Source of the DNA: Macrostomum hystrix
Taxonomy: Eukaryota; Animalia; Platyhelminthes
DNA length: 64,000 bases
Reading direction: 5' to 3'
NCBI GenBank assembly: GCA_950097015.1
Contig: CATNEN010000030.1
Coordinates: 3,410,001-3,474,000 of the forward strand
Positions 33,841 to 46,319 of the stretch are shown here, piece by piece (the first letter of the stretch is position 1; every line of letters starts with the position of its first letter). The position numbers were made by a program, and so were the translations under genes. The notes under the pieces are model-generated. The model was given only the letters and a program-made list of their open reading frames with translations, did not search any database and was not told where the DNA came from.

Positions 33841-36800
33841 AGATTAAAAGAGGCTTATTGCTTGTACATAATCTGCACGCCTGGTGTTTATACATTTATT
33901 ATTACTTACTTAAGCCCACCTAGGACAGTAAATGATTCACCCAAATTTAGCTGACTGTTTGCATATTTTTTTAAACACCAGGCTTTTTTAACAAACATGC
34001 TGTACTACTTGTACTTTAATTGCAATTTGTAAGGTGTGAACAAGCTGCAGTAAAAATATCCACCTTCACTATCTACTATAGGTAGATATTTTTGTTTCAA
34101 TAGAACAATTTTAAACAAAACTGTTGCTATCATGGCATAATGTCAAGAAATCAGTTCTTTCATACTGAGTTGTCAGAAGAACTAGCTACAAGCATACAAG
34201 TTCATTACAAGTAATTATAAAAATAATTTGCTGAGAGCTGTGTTGCATACAGAAATTGACTGCAGAAGCTTTTAAAATGGTACCAAAGTTAACATCCATA
34301 CAAATCAAATCATACACATGCAACTTCCAGAATCTCAGCCAGCCTTGCAACTCAGTTTTGAACAAAAAATGCATTGCACAGATTAGTTTGATTGGAATAA
34401 ATATACTTAGATTAGATTATTTCAGCAATTCGATATTTGAAATAATATGACTATAAAGTTACCTGTACATCAAAGCTGCGGACAGTGCATTGATTTGCGA
34501 TCTGATTGAACATTGAGATAAAATCATAGCATATTGAGAAAATATTCCAGCTTTGGGGAAATGGATACCTTAGAGGGAAGTCTGCTAAAAGGGACTAGAG
34601 AACAGTTTTCCATATTTTGGGAGGTTAAAGAAATGTCTGAGTTAAAATTTAATTTTCTAATTCACAACTCAGTTTTCTACAAAACATAGTAGAAGAGAAA
34701 GAGAAGAAACAATCATAGAAGTGAAAGAAAAAAGCAGGAGACAGTAAAAGAGAAGAAAAACAGAGAAGATGGAGATGTGAAAATTGGACTAAATAATTTT
34801 TTTATTAATTTATAATTAAACCCATAAGACAAACAAAGTGCAGAAAAGATAAAACTAAATCACAATTAGTTTTGCCCCATGATAAGGCCTATTAAATCTG
34901 CAACCTCAGTTTCAATTAATTGTCAATTAGTTTTCCCTGTTCTGAGACTTTAAATTAGTTTGTTTCTTTTCTTTTTTTACAACTTAAAACTTGTTTCTTT
35001 ATCCAAATTTTTAGATCCTTGTCTTATCTGTTCTTCTTTGTGCTTTCTTCATTCTCTATTTTTCCCTTTGTCTCCTCTTTGATTTTGGATATGTTGGAAT
35101 AAGGTGCATTTGTTATCTACTTATCAACAAAAGTGGATAAATTAAAGAAGTGATATACAGCTATCATTTTCAAATATTAAATAAAAACCATTGCACTAAT
35201 AATGAAGGAACCTATTCAACTTGGTATGAATTTATACCAAACTTAATTAAATTACTAATATATTGAAATAGAACATTTCTGATTCTCACTATATGCTAGA
35301 TGTATGTGGGAGACACAATTCAGACTATTGACAATGCAGTAGAAAAGCTAAGACTTGGCTGCAAAACTCTTACATAACAATATAGAGTATTGCTAAGAAA
35401 ATGGCAAGGTTTCTTGAAAGAGAAAAGAGACTTTCTTCCTAAAAGAGACTTCTGTACACACTAAGAGTGGTGGGAGAGGATTGTGTGTGGCTATAATAAT
35501 AATAATAATTGACACTAGACCCAAGGGCCAGTGCAGGTGTTGTGTGTCAGGCCATACATGCGCAACACCCAGCCAACCCAGCCAAACCCGCCGGGTGAAA
35601 CGAGGGCCAAGCAAGGTAATTCGCAAAAACCAATCGACCAAGCGCGAAAAATCAAAACGTGGACCAAGGGACAAAAAAGGAAGGCGTGTAGAAAAGGAAA
35701 AAAGGGAGAGAAAAAAAGAGCCAATGAGAGCAAACTAAGTCATAAATAGAGCAAAAACTAAGTCGCACAGCCAGCTAAGATTGTGAGGTTGCACATGTAT
35801 GTGTCAGGCACACTAGCAGGTGGGGACTGCACACCTATTGTACTCCCCAGCTCTCTCGGACACCGGTTGACAGCCACATGTCAGCAACGGAATTTTTTTC
35901 CAAACATATCAGCAGCATCCAAACCCCACAGAATTGCCACATAGAACTGCTTTATTCCATGCCAGCCAGAATTATTATTGGTAGTTGTTATTTGTCTGGT
36001 TAACCAGTTAACCACCCAAGGACTTAATTTCTCCCCTTTCAACGAGCAGGAGCAACAATTCTCCCAAAGACCACTCTTGCCCTGCTGAGAGCCATCTTGT
36101 GAGAGAACCTCACAAAGACCAAACTATACCCTTGAACTAAGTTAGTCCCTGAAACAACCAAATTTCTGGAAATGGTTTTACATTTTTTTATTAGCTGATA
36201 AGCAAAAATAATTTGAGACACAAACTTCAAATCTGAATGACTGTCCTTTTGCAGCTTGTTAATTATTTTATCTTACAAATGATAGAGGTTCTCATGGTAG
36301 CACTACAACCCCGTATAACTTAGTTATAGGTTATAACTCAGTTAACCAGACGAATAATCAAACGGCTATTTGTCCGGTTAACTTGACAAATAACAACTAG
36401 GGCCTACCATTATTATTAACCGACGAAATGTCGGTACTCATTTGCAGCTGAGTAGACTGTGTGCACATCAGGGCAAAGCAGCTTGCCAAAAGGCTGCACG
36501 AATAGTTCTAGACTAGATTGGGAGTCAAACCCAGTCAAGTCAGTGGCTATGGCTGACTAACAAAGGAAAAGCCAGAAACCAGTCTTGGTCTGCCAGCGCA
36601 AGGTCCATTCCCCACTTTTAGTGTGTTAAAATGTATAATTAAATTTAAAGCAATCACCTGTTTGCTTGCAAAGAAAATACTTGATTAGGCCCTATGTAGA
36701 TTTTTAATAAACCTAGCTTGTGAATAAGCAGGAGGCTTTATTGCTTGATTAATATTGTTATTAGTATTAGTGCAGACTCTACTCTAGCCTAGCCTAGCCT

Positions 36801-38123
36801 AGGCCTAGCCTAGCCTAGCAATGCCAGTTTTTGCTAGTAACAACAATAATGCCTGCTTAAAAAAATAAGATTAATAAACATAAAAAATAATTCATAAACT
36901 AAAAACATTGGCGACCATCTAAATATTGTACTTTTAAACTTTTACCATGGTATCACTTTTACACACCAAAGCTGACAAAGCTTGCAGAAAAAAGATCAAC
37001 ATATTAACTTTTAATTCGAGATATTTTAATTTAAATTATATATATTTTTTATATATTTAATTTAATATAATTTTAATTTTCAATTTTAGTTTAGATTGCA
37101 TATAGGCCAGCAAACTGTCTGCATACTATTTATAATGTACAATTTTCTCCCTATTAAACTTAATGTGGCGATTACAGACTTTAAGTCTGTAATTTACTAT
37201 CTTCTGCTGTTCATGGCTTGTTGAAGTTAGGCCTATATAGTGTCCTAGAAATCAAACATAAATGCAAAGCTTGAATTTGTTTCACAAAGAAACGTAATGA
37301 ATTAAACAAAGGATCAAATTGGCGGATGTCTTTTTTGATGCTTTGCGGTTTGTATCTTGGCAGCCAGAATCAGAATCATAACTTACGTCTGGAGCTTACT
37401 TTACAGTATAATCGTAGTTTTATTGTGGCTATCCTCTCGGCTCGGCCGAAGTCAGTAACTGCAGTCCTCCGCAGCTGTCCGTCTATGCAGCCTTCGTCTG
37501 CATAAGGTCGAGCTAAGCATTGCTAATCGAGTCTCTGAAGCGGCTGTCACAAGACTCGTAGCTATAAAGTCTATAAATAGTATCCGTGGATGTGCCGATG
37601 GCAGGATAAATGGCCTGCAAACTAGCTTCTCAGTAAATATATTCGAGATGAGATTCGAAAAGCTGATGCTAATTTACAGCCTAAAAATGATTTGAAGTCT
37701 TAATCAAACCATTTTGCTTTTCTTATTTAGTGGCTTAATGTTTGAAAATGCGCTGGATTAGACAGAGCCCGGCATTTTTGGGCTGCAGCGGCATGGCCAT
37801 CTCAAATTCTCTGATTCGCCCTCTTGTTTAATTATTACTGCTTTCAGTCACTATAGTTAAGGCATCTCCCATGCTTTTTGCAATCTTAAAAATAATTTTT
37901 GGCTTTCCTATAGCTCGTACTTTAGTGCCTTTTGTGTCAAATATTTCTATGGTACTATTTGCGTCTGATCTCTGTGTTTTTTCGGTGCATGTGTCTGCTG
38001 CGATATGATTTCAGCGGTAAAATTCCTAACGAGAAAGACCGGACTACCTCTTTTGATCATCAAGCGTAAACCTTGCGTTATTACTACTGGATCTCAATCA
38101 ATAAACTTATCAGTTAACCAGGC

Positions 38124-40922
38124 ATGGACGGAATAGATGATCAAGACATCAGACGAGCCGAGCTCGACTACTGCTTCAAGAATAGCTTGAACTTTGTAGA
38201 TACACAGGCGATAGATGAGGCAAAGAGTGGTGTTGACGGCGATGTGAGCGATTCGGAGAAAGAAGAGGAGAAGCCGGAAGAATGGCTCGTGGATGTCCGC
38301 TATGCCAGGAGGTTGTTGAAGAAGGCGAACGAGATGCGCGTCAGAAAGCGTCTCTGCGATCTGACAATCGGCCTGAAGGACGGCAAACTGGAGGCGCACA
38401 AGAGCATGCTAGCTGCTGGGTCGCCATTCTTCAAGCGCTTGACTGAGACAACACGCGCAAATACGCTAAATTTCTTTCACGTGACAACAAGCGTGGCAGA
38501 CATTCTATTCGACTTCATGTACACCGGAGAAGTCAACCAGGAGAAGGTGGACAAGCTCAGTCGTTCCGAGAAGCGACAGCTGCGCGAGAAGGCTGAACTG
38601 TTCGAGATTGGGCAGGAGTTGCAGCCACTATGGGAGCGTCTGGAACTCGAACCTGTGGCTGCCTGTAAGCAGAGCCAGCAGAATAAACGCCAGGAGACGC
38701 TCGCTACAGAAGAAGTTAAAGATGCGAGCGCTATTGTCAAAAGCAAGGTGAGAGACAGGTGATCCTTTTGCAGCAACTGGTTACCGAAGCAAAAAATAGA
38801 TACAGAAACTATTAACTATATTATTATTAAATGCTTTAAAAGTGGGCAGTGGGCACATCCCATGGCGACAGAAGACCGCAGTCAGCTAGGAAACAATAAT
38901 TCTAACATTTCCGCTGACTCCTGAGCACGCACGCACACAGATACTGTACACAGGCACACTCACACGTGTGTATAAAATGCCCTGAGTTTCTCATCGTCAG
39001 GCACTGTACACTCTCACTGTGCCTTGGTGTTGGCCCTCAAGAGCTTAAATTGCACGACAAGCCTCCAAGCCTTTTCTTCGCTGCTGCACCTGAAATGAAT
39101 GTGGCCTCGCAGCGGAATCGAGCTCAGGGACCTTGGTGCAAGAGGGAAACGCGTTAACCGCTCTGCCACTCCCAAAATCGATCCATATACTGGTAAACAA
39201 TCGCAAAGGCTTAACTAAGGGCAAGAGATATATAGCAGTCAAGGCTGTTTACACCAATCACCGCTCATTTAGCTTCAAAAGCTTATGCAAGTGCTGCTAT
39301 AAAAAATTCATCAGACTCATTCGTGATTCGTATTGCCAATTTGTCGTGCTTGGATGGCCTATCGAGATTAACGTTTAGACTTTCCGAATCGCAGAAAAAA
39401 GCAACTCAAAATTTCACAGGTCCTGTACATGAACGAGCGCAGAAAGCAGGGCGACTTCGCCGACTGGAAGATTCGCATCAGCGCCGTTGACATTCCTGTC
39501 AGCAAGGTGTTCCTGGCTGCCAGCAGCAACTACTTCGCCGACTTCTTCGCCAGAAATCCCATGGATGCCAAATCGGAAACTTACACCTTAACGGAGTTGA
39601 ATCGGCGAACTTTCCGCAAAGTGCTCAACTTTATCTACACTGGTCACGTGATCACCGAGGGACGAACCATGGACGAGCTCAAGCACCTGCTGTTCCAGGC
39701 TTGCTACTTAGGCATCACTGATCTGTCTAGCCGGCTGGTGCAGGAGTTCGAATCCCGTCTAGACAATGAGAACTGCTTTTCAATATTCGCCTACTCAAAC
39801 ACAATAAATTGTCGTCAGCTATTCAAGTCCGTGTCGCGCTACGTTGGCCGCCTGGGCTCAAAATCCGCTCTCAACTCCGGCTTCCTCAAGTTGGAATTCA
39901 ACGATCTGCGCGCCGCTCTACTGAATTCGGAATTGCGCTTCGACTGCGCCGAAGCTAACGACGAAACAGAAGCTGGCACCGCCTGCCTTCCCTGGCCAGG
40001 CGAGTTTGAGTGGCGCACTCTTGATTTGCTGATCGCGTGGATTCGCGTCGACCGCATCAAGCGATCCAGTCACGTGACGGAGCTGTTCGAGCTAGTTGAC
40101 AAGCTGGGCAGGCCGCCCTACACCGGCCGCAAAGATGAAATGCACAAGCGGCTGCCACAGGAGCTGAACAATGTCATGTCCACCTATTACACAAAGATGA
40201 TACAGGAACCTCAGCGAGGCGGCAAGCAGCCATCACCGCAGCCGGAGACAAAACAGTCAGCAATTCGTGCGCGCCGCTACCTGCTGCCGACTCAGCTGCT
40301 CGTGTCTCGAGAGTTTTCGCTAGCCGGACCGGAGCTTCCGGATGCGGCTCTCAAGCCGGAGAAGCTTATATCGGCTGACCTGGCCGAGGAGGAGCCCGGC
40401 AGCTGCTGGCAGCTGGCGCCAACTGAATGGCAGCTGCAGTCGGTGCGGATTTACAGCGCCAACCAGGCCCTGACCCGGCTTTCCGGCCTCGAACTGACCT
40501 ATCATCGGTATCCGCTGTTCGCAGACAATGCCGTCACGGAGACACGCACCATCTGCTGTGGCTATCGTGGCGCGTTTGAGAAGATTTTGGAACTCGACCA
40601 GACCGAGAGAGTTGTTCAACTTGGCCTCGGTGGCTCTGCTGGCGGCGTTCGCAGCGCCTTCATTGCTTGGATATCAACCTGCGGCGGCCGGCGCCTGGAA
40701 GCGGCGAACGCGGAGCCTCAGTCAGCTGGAAGCGATGGCGCCAGTTGCGATGGCATCGAGCAGTGCATCAAGTCGCCGAAGGGAAGCCGAGGCTTCCTGC
40801 ACGGCTTCGATCTGCGATTCAGCGAAGCCGGCGGCGGCTCACTGACCATTGTGTGGGCCGTTGAGGCCGAAGTCGACGGTCTAGGCGAAGCGCCGTGGAG
40901 CTCCGTGGTTGAAAATGACTAA
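38124..40922 (+). CDS. BTB-BTB(-BACK) protein with a jacalin-like C-terminal region, two exons (38124-38747, 39420-40922)
   Basis: The phase-0 intron AAG|gtgaga...tttcacag|GTC CTG TAC ATG joins the two track ORFs. BTB motifs: LCDLTIGLKDGKLEAHKSMLAAGSPFF and FADWKIRISAVDIPVSKVFLAASSNYF. Confidence 0.85.
38940..39130. repeat. Dispersed repeat, second family, in the BTB-gene intron
   Basis: Aligns by eye with 18745-18945. Confidence 0.7.
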
Positions 40923-41439
40923 TTCGGTCTCTTGTTGTGATCGCTTTTTAAAAAAACTAGACGACATGACCACCGCTTGCCTACAAGTAAATTTCTTCTT
41001 GTAGCCGTATTTTTTGTGAAGAAGCGAAAAGCATAACCAATTATAACTTGCCCCCCATATATTCTAGAACTTCTAATAACTAGGACTAAGGTATTACTTT
41101 TTAGTTCTCAAGCTCGCACAGAGTACCGACAGTAGCCACTAAAATACACTCCCTAATTAAGTCCTCAAGTTTAGCCTCGAAAGTTCGAATTTCTTTCCTT
41201 TATCAAAAAGTTTTCCTACTAAAAGCTAATACGCTCGTATGATCGTTATAAGGTTTATTGCCACTAAAGCATCCTATAGTCTCTCGCACTGCGGTCAGGA
41301 AGTCGCTTCACGTTCCAAGAGAAAATAAACTGGGTATTGAACGGAGAGCTCTCGGATAATTAGGCGTTGCACAATGTCGCGACAAGGACTACTAAAGTAG
41401 CTAACTACTAGTGGTCATCGCGAATCAACCGAATCTTAG

Positions 41440-41780
41440 TGGTAGAAGCCGTGGCCGAGTGTACCGAGTCGTGGACGCTGACGGCTACGCTGGAGCGGCA
41501 GCTGGACTCGGCGCACTCGGGGCTGCTCCGTGCGGCCTTTCCAGCTGAGGAGAGCGTCGGGACCGAGGCTCTGTACGAAAGAGCCCAGCTGCAACGCCCG
41601 TCCACCATCCTGCGCCAGCGGCGACTTCGACTAGCGGGCCACGTTATTCGGGCCGAGAGCTACTGCCGCCAGCCCGCCCAGGACGTCCTGCTGCTCACCC
41701 TGAGCGACGCCGGGGCGCCCGACACTGCCACCGGCGTGGACCATGTTCGCGCGCTGGCTCTGCGGCGCACCATCTGACGC
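41440..41780 (+). mobile_element. 5'-truncated LINE (RTE/L2-like ORF2 C-terminus)
   Basis: ESWTLTATLERQLDSAHSGLLR...RQRRLRLAGHVIR resembles the post-RT E(S/T)WTL...RL.xAGH.xR tail of non-LTR ORF2. A degenerate copy lies at 6285. Confidence 0.7.
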
Positions 41781-42944
41781 TGCCTCCCTGACTTTTGGGG
41801 CTAGCGTATTTTGTTGTTGTTGTTGCTAGTGGTTGAAGGGTGAAACATTCGCTGTAGTTTTTAGTTAGACTAAGCAGGCAGGCACACACTAAGGCCGATT
41901 CAATTAGCAGAGAGTCAGGGACTCAGTCAAACTTAAAAAGAACAAAGACGGTCGGTCTTTAGCCCTCACAAGAGCACTGCTTAAATAGCACACAAACATA
42001 AAAGAAACAATCGCGTGAGTTTCTAAAAATATAAACTGACAAGTAAACATCTCAAGTTATCTTGTCCCTTAGGATTACGTAAGGCAGGCATTACAAAAAG
42101 GCAAATAAAGAGACAAAAGAATCACTTACTCAGGTATTAACAAGGCACTCTCCCGGTAGTGACCACGGGAGAATTTTGAATACTCACTGCCTACTTCACG
42201 ATAGCTCTCAAATTGAATGACCGATTTTCGTGAAATTCCACCATATGGGTCGAAATTATGCTCCCTTCACGCTGAACTAACCTTCAAAGCCGCCCGACGT
42301 CAGCACCTTCGAGATATTCAGCGATTCTTGTCAAAGACCCCGGTGGCAAGGACAAATAAAATTGCTCTGCGTAATCCATTCGGTTCAATAGTAATAATAA
42401 TTAGTAATATAATCAATACAATATAGTAAAAAATAATAGCCGACAACGTAAATAATGAAATTTAGTGGGTTCAACTTTTTTAATATTAATTGGTGGTTTG
42501 TGCCCGTGGTGTTTCTACTGTTAACAAACTAGCGAAACTACCTCACTTCAAGATTATATTTGGGCTTGCACTGCCATTAGTACTTAAAGCTACAGTATTG
42601 TTAAGTAAACATGCCTGTACACCACATGTACATTTCAGATCGGAATAAGTGCGCCATATCGACAAGCGCGGACAATACAATAGGACTGTATTATTTAAAG
42701 ATATTTGACGCAATCAAACATGTAAGGGGAAACTGACTAAAATGAGTTTCATGAGCGCATGCATGAAGGCAATGCACTGCTAAAGTTAATTGTCAATGCT
42801 CCTAGAATGTGAGCAATTGATTGGTTTGATTCGCGCTGTATATTACATATAGGCAGTGTCCTTTAGGTAAAAGTACATGATATTGTATGGGAAGTTGTAG
42901 CCATAGATAATCTATGTAAAAGCTTTGGACGATCTTTGCCGAGA

Positions 42945-43015
42945 ATGGGTTGTAGCCTCGTGGTTAGAGCGTTGGACTCACGACTTGAAGGTCATGAGTT
43001 CGATTCCCGACTCCA
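42945..43015 (+). mobile_element. Isolated tRNA-like SINE head
   Basis: ggttgtagcctcgtggttagagcgttggactcacgacttgaaggtcatgagttcgattcccgactcca matches the SINE heads; the anticodon stem does not pair. Confidence 0.6.
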
Positions 43016-43137
43016 AAAAAATACTCAGTCAAGTTAGGAATGAAATAAGGCGTGCAGTCTTAGCAAATATTTGCATAGTTTGGTTTCATGGTTGCATAAA
43101 CCTCGATGGCGAATTGGTTATTGGTTGAATGTTTTGG

Positions 43138-43750
43138 AAGATAAGGAAAAAAGAAATGTGGGTATTTGAAATACCCCATGGTCTTACAACTGTTAATAAG
43201 GGGCAGATTTCACCACAGATAAGGAAAAGAAATGTGGGTATTTGAAATACCCCATGGTCTTACAACAGTTAATAAGGGGCAGATTTCACCACAGATAAGG
43301 AAAAAAGAAATGTGGGTATTTGAAATACCCCATGGTCTTACAACTGTTAATATTGGGCAGATTTCACCACAGATAAGGAAAAGAAATGTGGGTATTTGAA
43401 ATACCCCATGGTCTTACAACTGTTAATATTGGGCAGATTTCACCACAGATAAGGAAAAGAAATGTGGGTATTTGAAATACCCCATGGTCTTACAACTGTT
43501 AATAAGGGGCAGATTTCACCACAGATAAGGAAAAAAGAAATGTGGGTATTTGAAATACCCCATGGTCTTACAACTGTTAATAAGGGGCAGATTTCACCAC
43601 AGATAAGGAAAAAAGAAATGTGGGTATTTGAAATACCCCATGGTCTTACAACTGTTAATAAGGGGCAGATTTCACCACAGATAAGGAAAAGAAATGTGGG
43701 TATTTGAAATACCCCATGGTCTTACAACAGTTAATAAGGGGCAGATTTCA
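43138..43750. repeat. 76-78-bp tandem array (~8 copies) with an internal hairpin
   Basis: Unit gataaggaaaa(aa)gaaatgtgggtatttgaaataccccatggtcttacaactgttaataaggggcagatttcaccaca. Confidence 0.95.
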
Positions 43751-44367
43751 CTATATCGTACACGAGTCTACGTCAATGTGAAACACCTATGAAACACAAG
43801 CTTGGCTTCCGAATAATGTGAGGCACTGGTCCCTCAGTGCCTGGTCCAGGCATGCGGTCAGTAATGTATAAGGCTCCACCGATGCATCGCATGTTTGCCT
43901 AGCAACACCAGAAAGGTGTGGAATAGTTTGAGAGCATATTGCATAGATTTGCTCATTCGCAATAATTCTGGCATTGTGTTTCACTGCAACTGCTAGTTAG
44001 AAGAATGACACTCGTGTGGCCATCAATCAATTCGGGGTTGGTATGCTCTGAGCACTAGAATCATATAGAAATTCATATAAGATTTACTTTTCTTTATTTC
44101 TTTAATAATCAAGAAATAAAATATTGAGCTGCGAGTAGAAATTTGAGCTCATTAAGGAATGCTAACTTAATTTTCGATTCGCTCGAATTATTAATAAAAA
44201 TAAATAAAAAACTACATTGAATTTCTTCGAGCATATTTGCGTCCGCCTTGAGCGAAAGCCTAATCACTATCACTAATTAGTCCTCAGTCACTCAGTCTCC
44301 CCAATGCTCCACTGCCCTTAAAGTGCAGAAGAAAGTTTAGTGAGGGAAGAGAAGGCCTTTAGACCAG

Positions 44368-46115
44368 GATATGGGGAAGTAGGATTTCGGAGGGTAGAGC
44401 TGGGGGATGTAGGATTTCGGAGGGTAGAGATGGGAGAAGTAGGATTTCGGAGGGTAGAGCTGGGGGAAGTAGGATTTCGGAGGGTAGAGATGGGGGAAGT
44501 AGGATTTGGGAGGTGAGAGATGGGGGAAGTAGGATTTCGGAGGTGAGAGATGGGGGAAGTAGAATTTCGGAGGGTAGAGCTGGGGGAAGTAGGATTTCGG
44601 AGGGTAGAGATGGGGGAAGTAGGATTTCGGAGGGTAGAGCTGGGGGAAGTAGGATTTCGGAGGGTAGAGCTGGGGGAGTAGGATTTCGGAGGTGAGAGAT
44701 GGGGGAAGTAGGATTTGGGAGGGGAGAGCTGGGGTAAGTAGGATTTCGGAGGGTAGAGATGGGGGAAGTAGGATTTCGGAGGTGAGAGATGGGGGAAGTA
44801 GAATTTCGGAAGGTAGAGCTGGGGGAAGTAGGATTTCGGAGGGTAGAGATGGGGGAAGTAGGATTTCGGAGGGTAGAGCTGGGGGAAGTAGGATTTCGGA
44901 GGGTAGAGCTGGGGGGAAGAAGGATTTCGGAGGGTAGAGATGGGGGAAGAAGGATTTCGGAGGGTAGAGCTGGGGAAGTAGGATTTCGGAGGGTAGAGAT
45001 GGGGGAAGTAGGATTTCGGAGGTGAGAGCTGGGGGAAGTAGGATTTCGGAGGGTAGAGCTGGGAGAAGTAGGATTTCGGAGGGTAGAGCTGGGGGAAGTA
45101 GGATTTCGGAGGGTAGAGATGGGGGAAGTAGGATTTCGGAGGGTAGAGCTGGGGGAAGTAGGATTTCGGAGGGTAGAGCTGGGGGAGTAGGATTTCGGAG
45201 GTGAGAGATGGGGGAAGTAGGATTTGGGAGGGGAGAGCTGGGGGAAGTAGGATTTCGGAGGGTAGAGATGGGGGAAGTAGGATTTGGGAGGGGAGAGCTG
45301 GGGGAAGTAGGATTTCGGAGGTGAGAGATGGGGGAAGTAGGATTTGGGAGGTGAGAGCTGGGGGAAGTAGGATTTGGGAGGTGAGAGATGGGGGAAGTAG
45401 AATTTCGGAGGTGAGAGCTGGGGGGAAGTAGGATTTCGGAGGTTAGAGCTGGGGGAAGTAGAATTTCGGAGGGTAGAGCTGGGGGAAGTAGGATTTCGGA
45501 GGGTAGAGATGGGGGAAGTAGGATTTGGGAGGTGAGAGATGGGGGAAGTAGGATTTGGGAGGTGAGAGATGGGGGAAGTAGGATTTCGGAGGGTAGAGAT
45601 GGGGGAAGTAGGATTTGGGAGGTGAGAGATGGGGGAAGTAGGATTTGGGAGGTGAGAGATGGGGGAAGTAGGATTTCGGAGGGTAGAGATGGGGGAAGTT
45701 GGATTTTGGAGGGTAGAGATGGGGGAAGTAGGATTTCGGAGGGTAGAGATGGGGGAAGTTGGATTTTGGAGGGTAGAGATGGGGGAAGTAGGATTTTGGA
45801 GGGTAGAGATGGGGGAAGTAGGATTTTGGAGGGTAGAGATGGGGGAAGTAGGATTTTGGAGGGTAGAGATGGGGGAAGTAGGATTTTGGAGGGTAGAGAT
45901 GGGGGAAGTTGGATTTTGGAGGGTAGAGATGGGGGAAGTAGGATTTCGGAGGGTAGAGATGGGGGAAGTTGGATTTTGGAGGGTAGAGATGGGGGAAGTA
46001 GGATTTGGGAGGGGAGAGCTGGGGGAAGTAGGATTTGGGAGGGGAGAGCTGGGGGAAGTAGGATTTTGGAGGGTAGAGATGGGGGAAGTAGGATTTTGGA
46101 GCGGAGAGCTGAGGG
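44368..46115. repeat. 30-bp G-rich minisatellite
   Basis: Unit gggggaagtaggatttcggagggtagagat. It is the source of the 613-aa and 247-aa repetitive ORFs. Confidence 0.96.
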
Positions 46116-46319
46116 AGTTTTTCTGGGATTCCGTATTCCAGGATCTGGGTGCCAGTCTCGCCAAGCTCAAGCATACGAGCAACCATTCCATGAAATTCAA
46201 ATTAGTCCAGCTTGAAGCAGACTGGTCAATAAGGAGACGAAGACTGTCTGCTTGATCGCACGCTTCGACAAATTCCAGACAGAATTAGACTATGGCTGAG
46301 TATGGCTTCAGCCATGCTG

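Noticed and set aside
35393-35900. Short ORFs and purine-rich tract upstream of KIAA0753
   Set aside because: No recognisable domain or RNA structure; could be a repeat remnant but cannot be supported from this window alone.
43138-43750. CRISPR-like palindromic repeats
   Set aside because: No unique spacers, no cas genes and a eukaryotic context.
44359-46255. 613-aa and 247-aa extensin-like Pro-rich ORFs
   Set aside because: Products of a 30-bp stop-free satellite.
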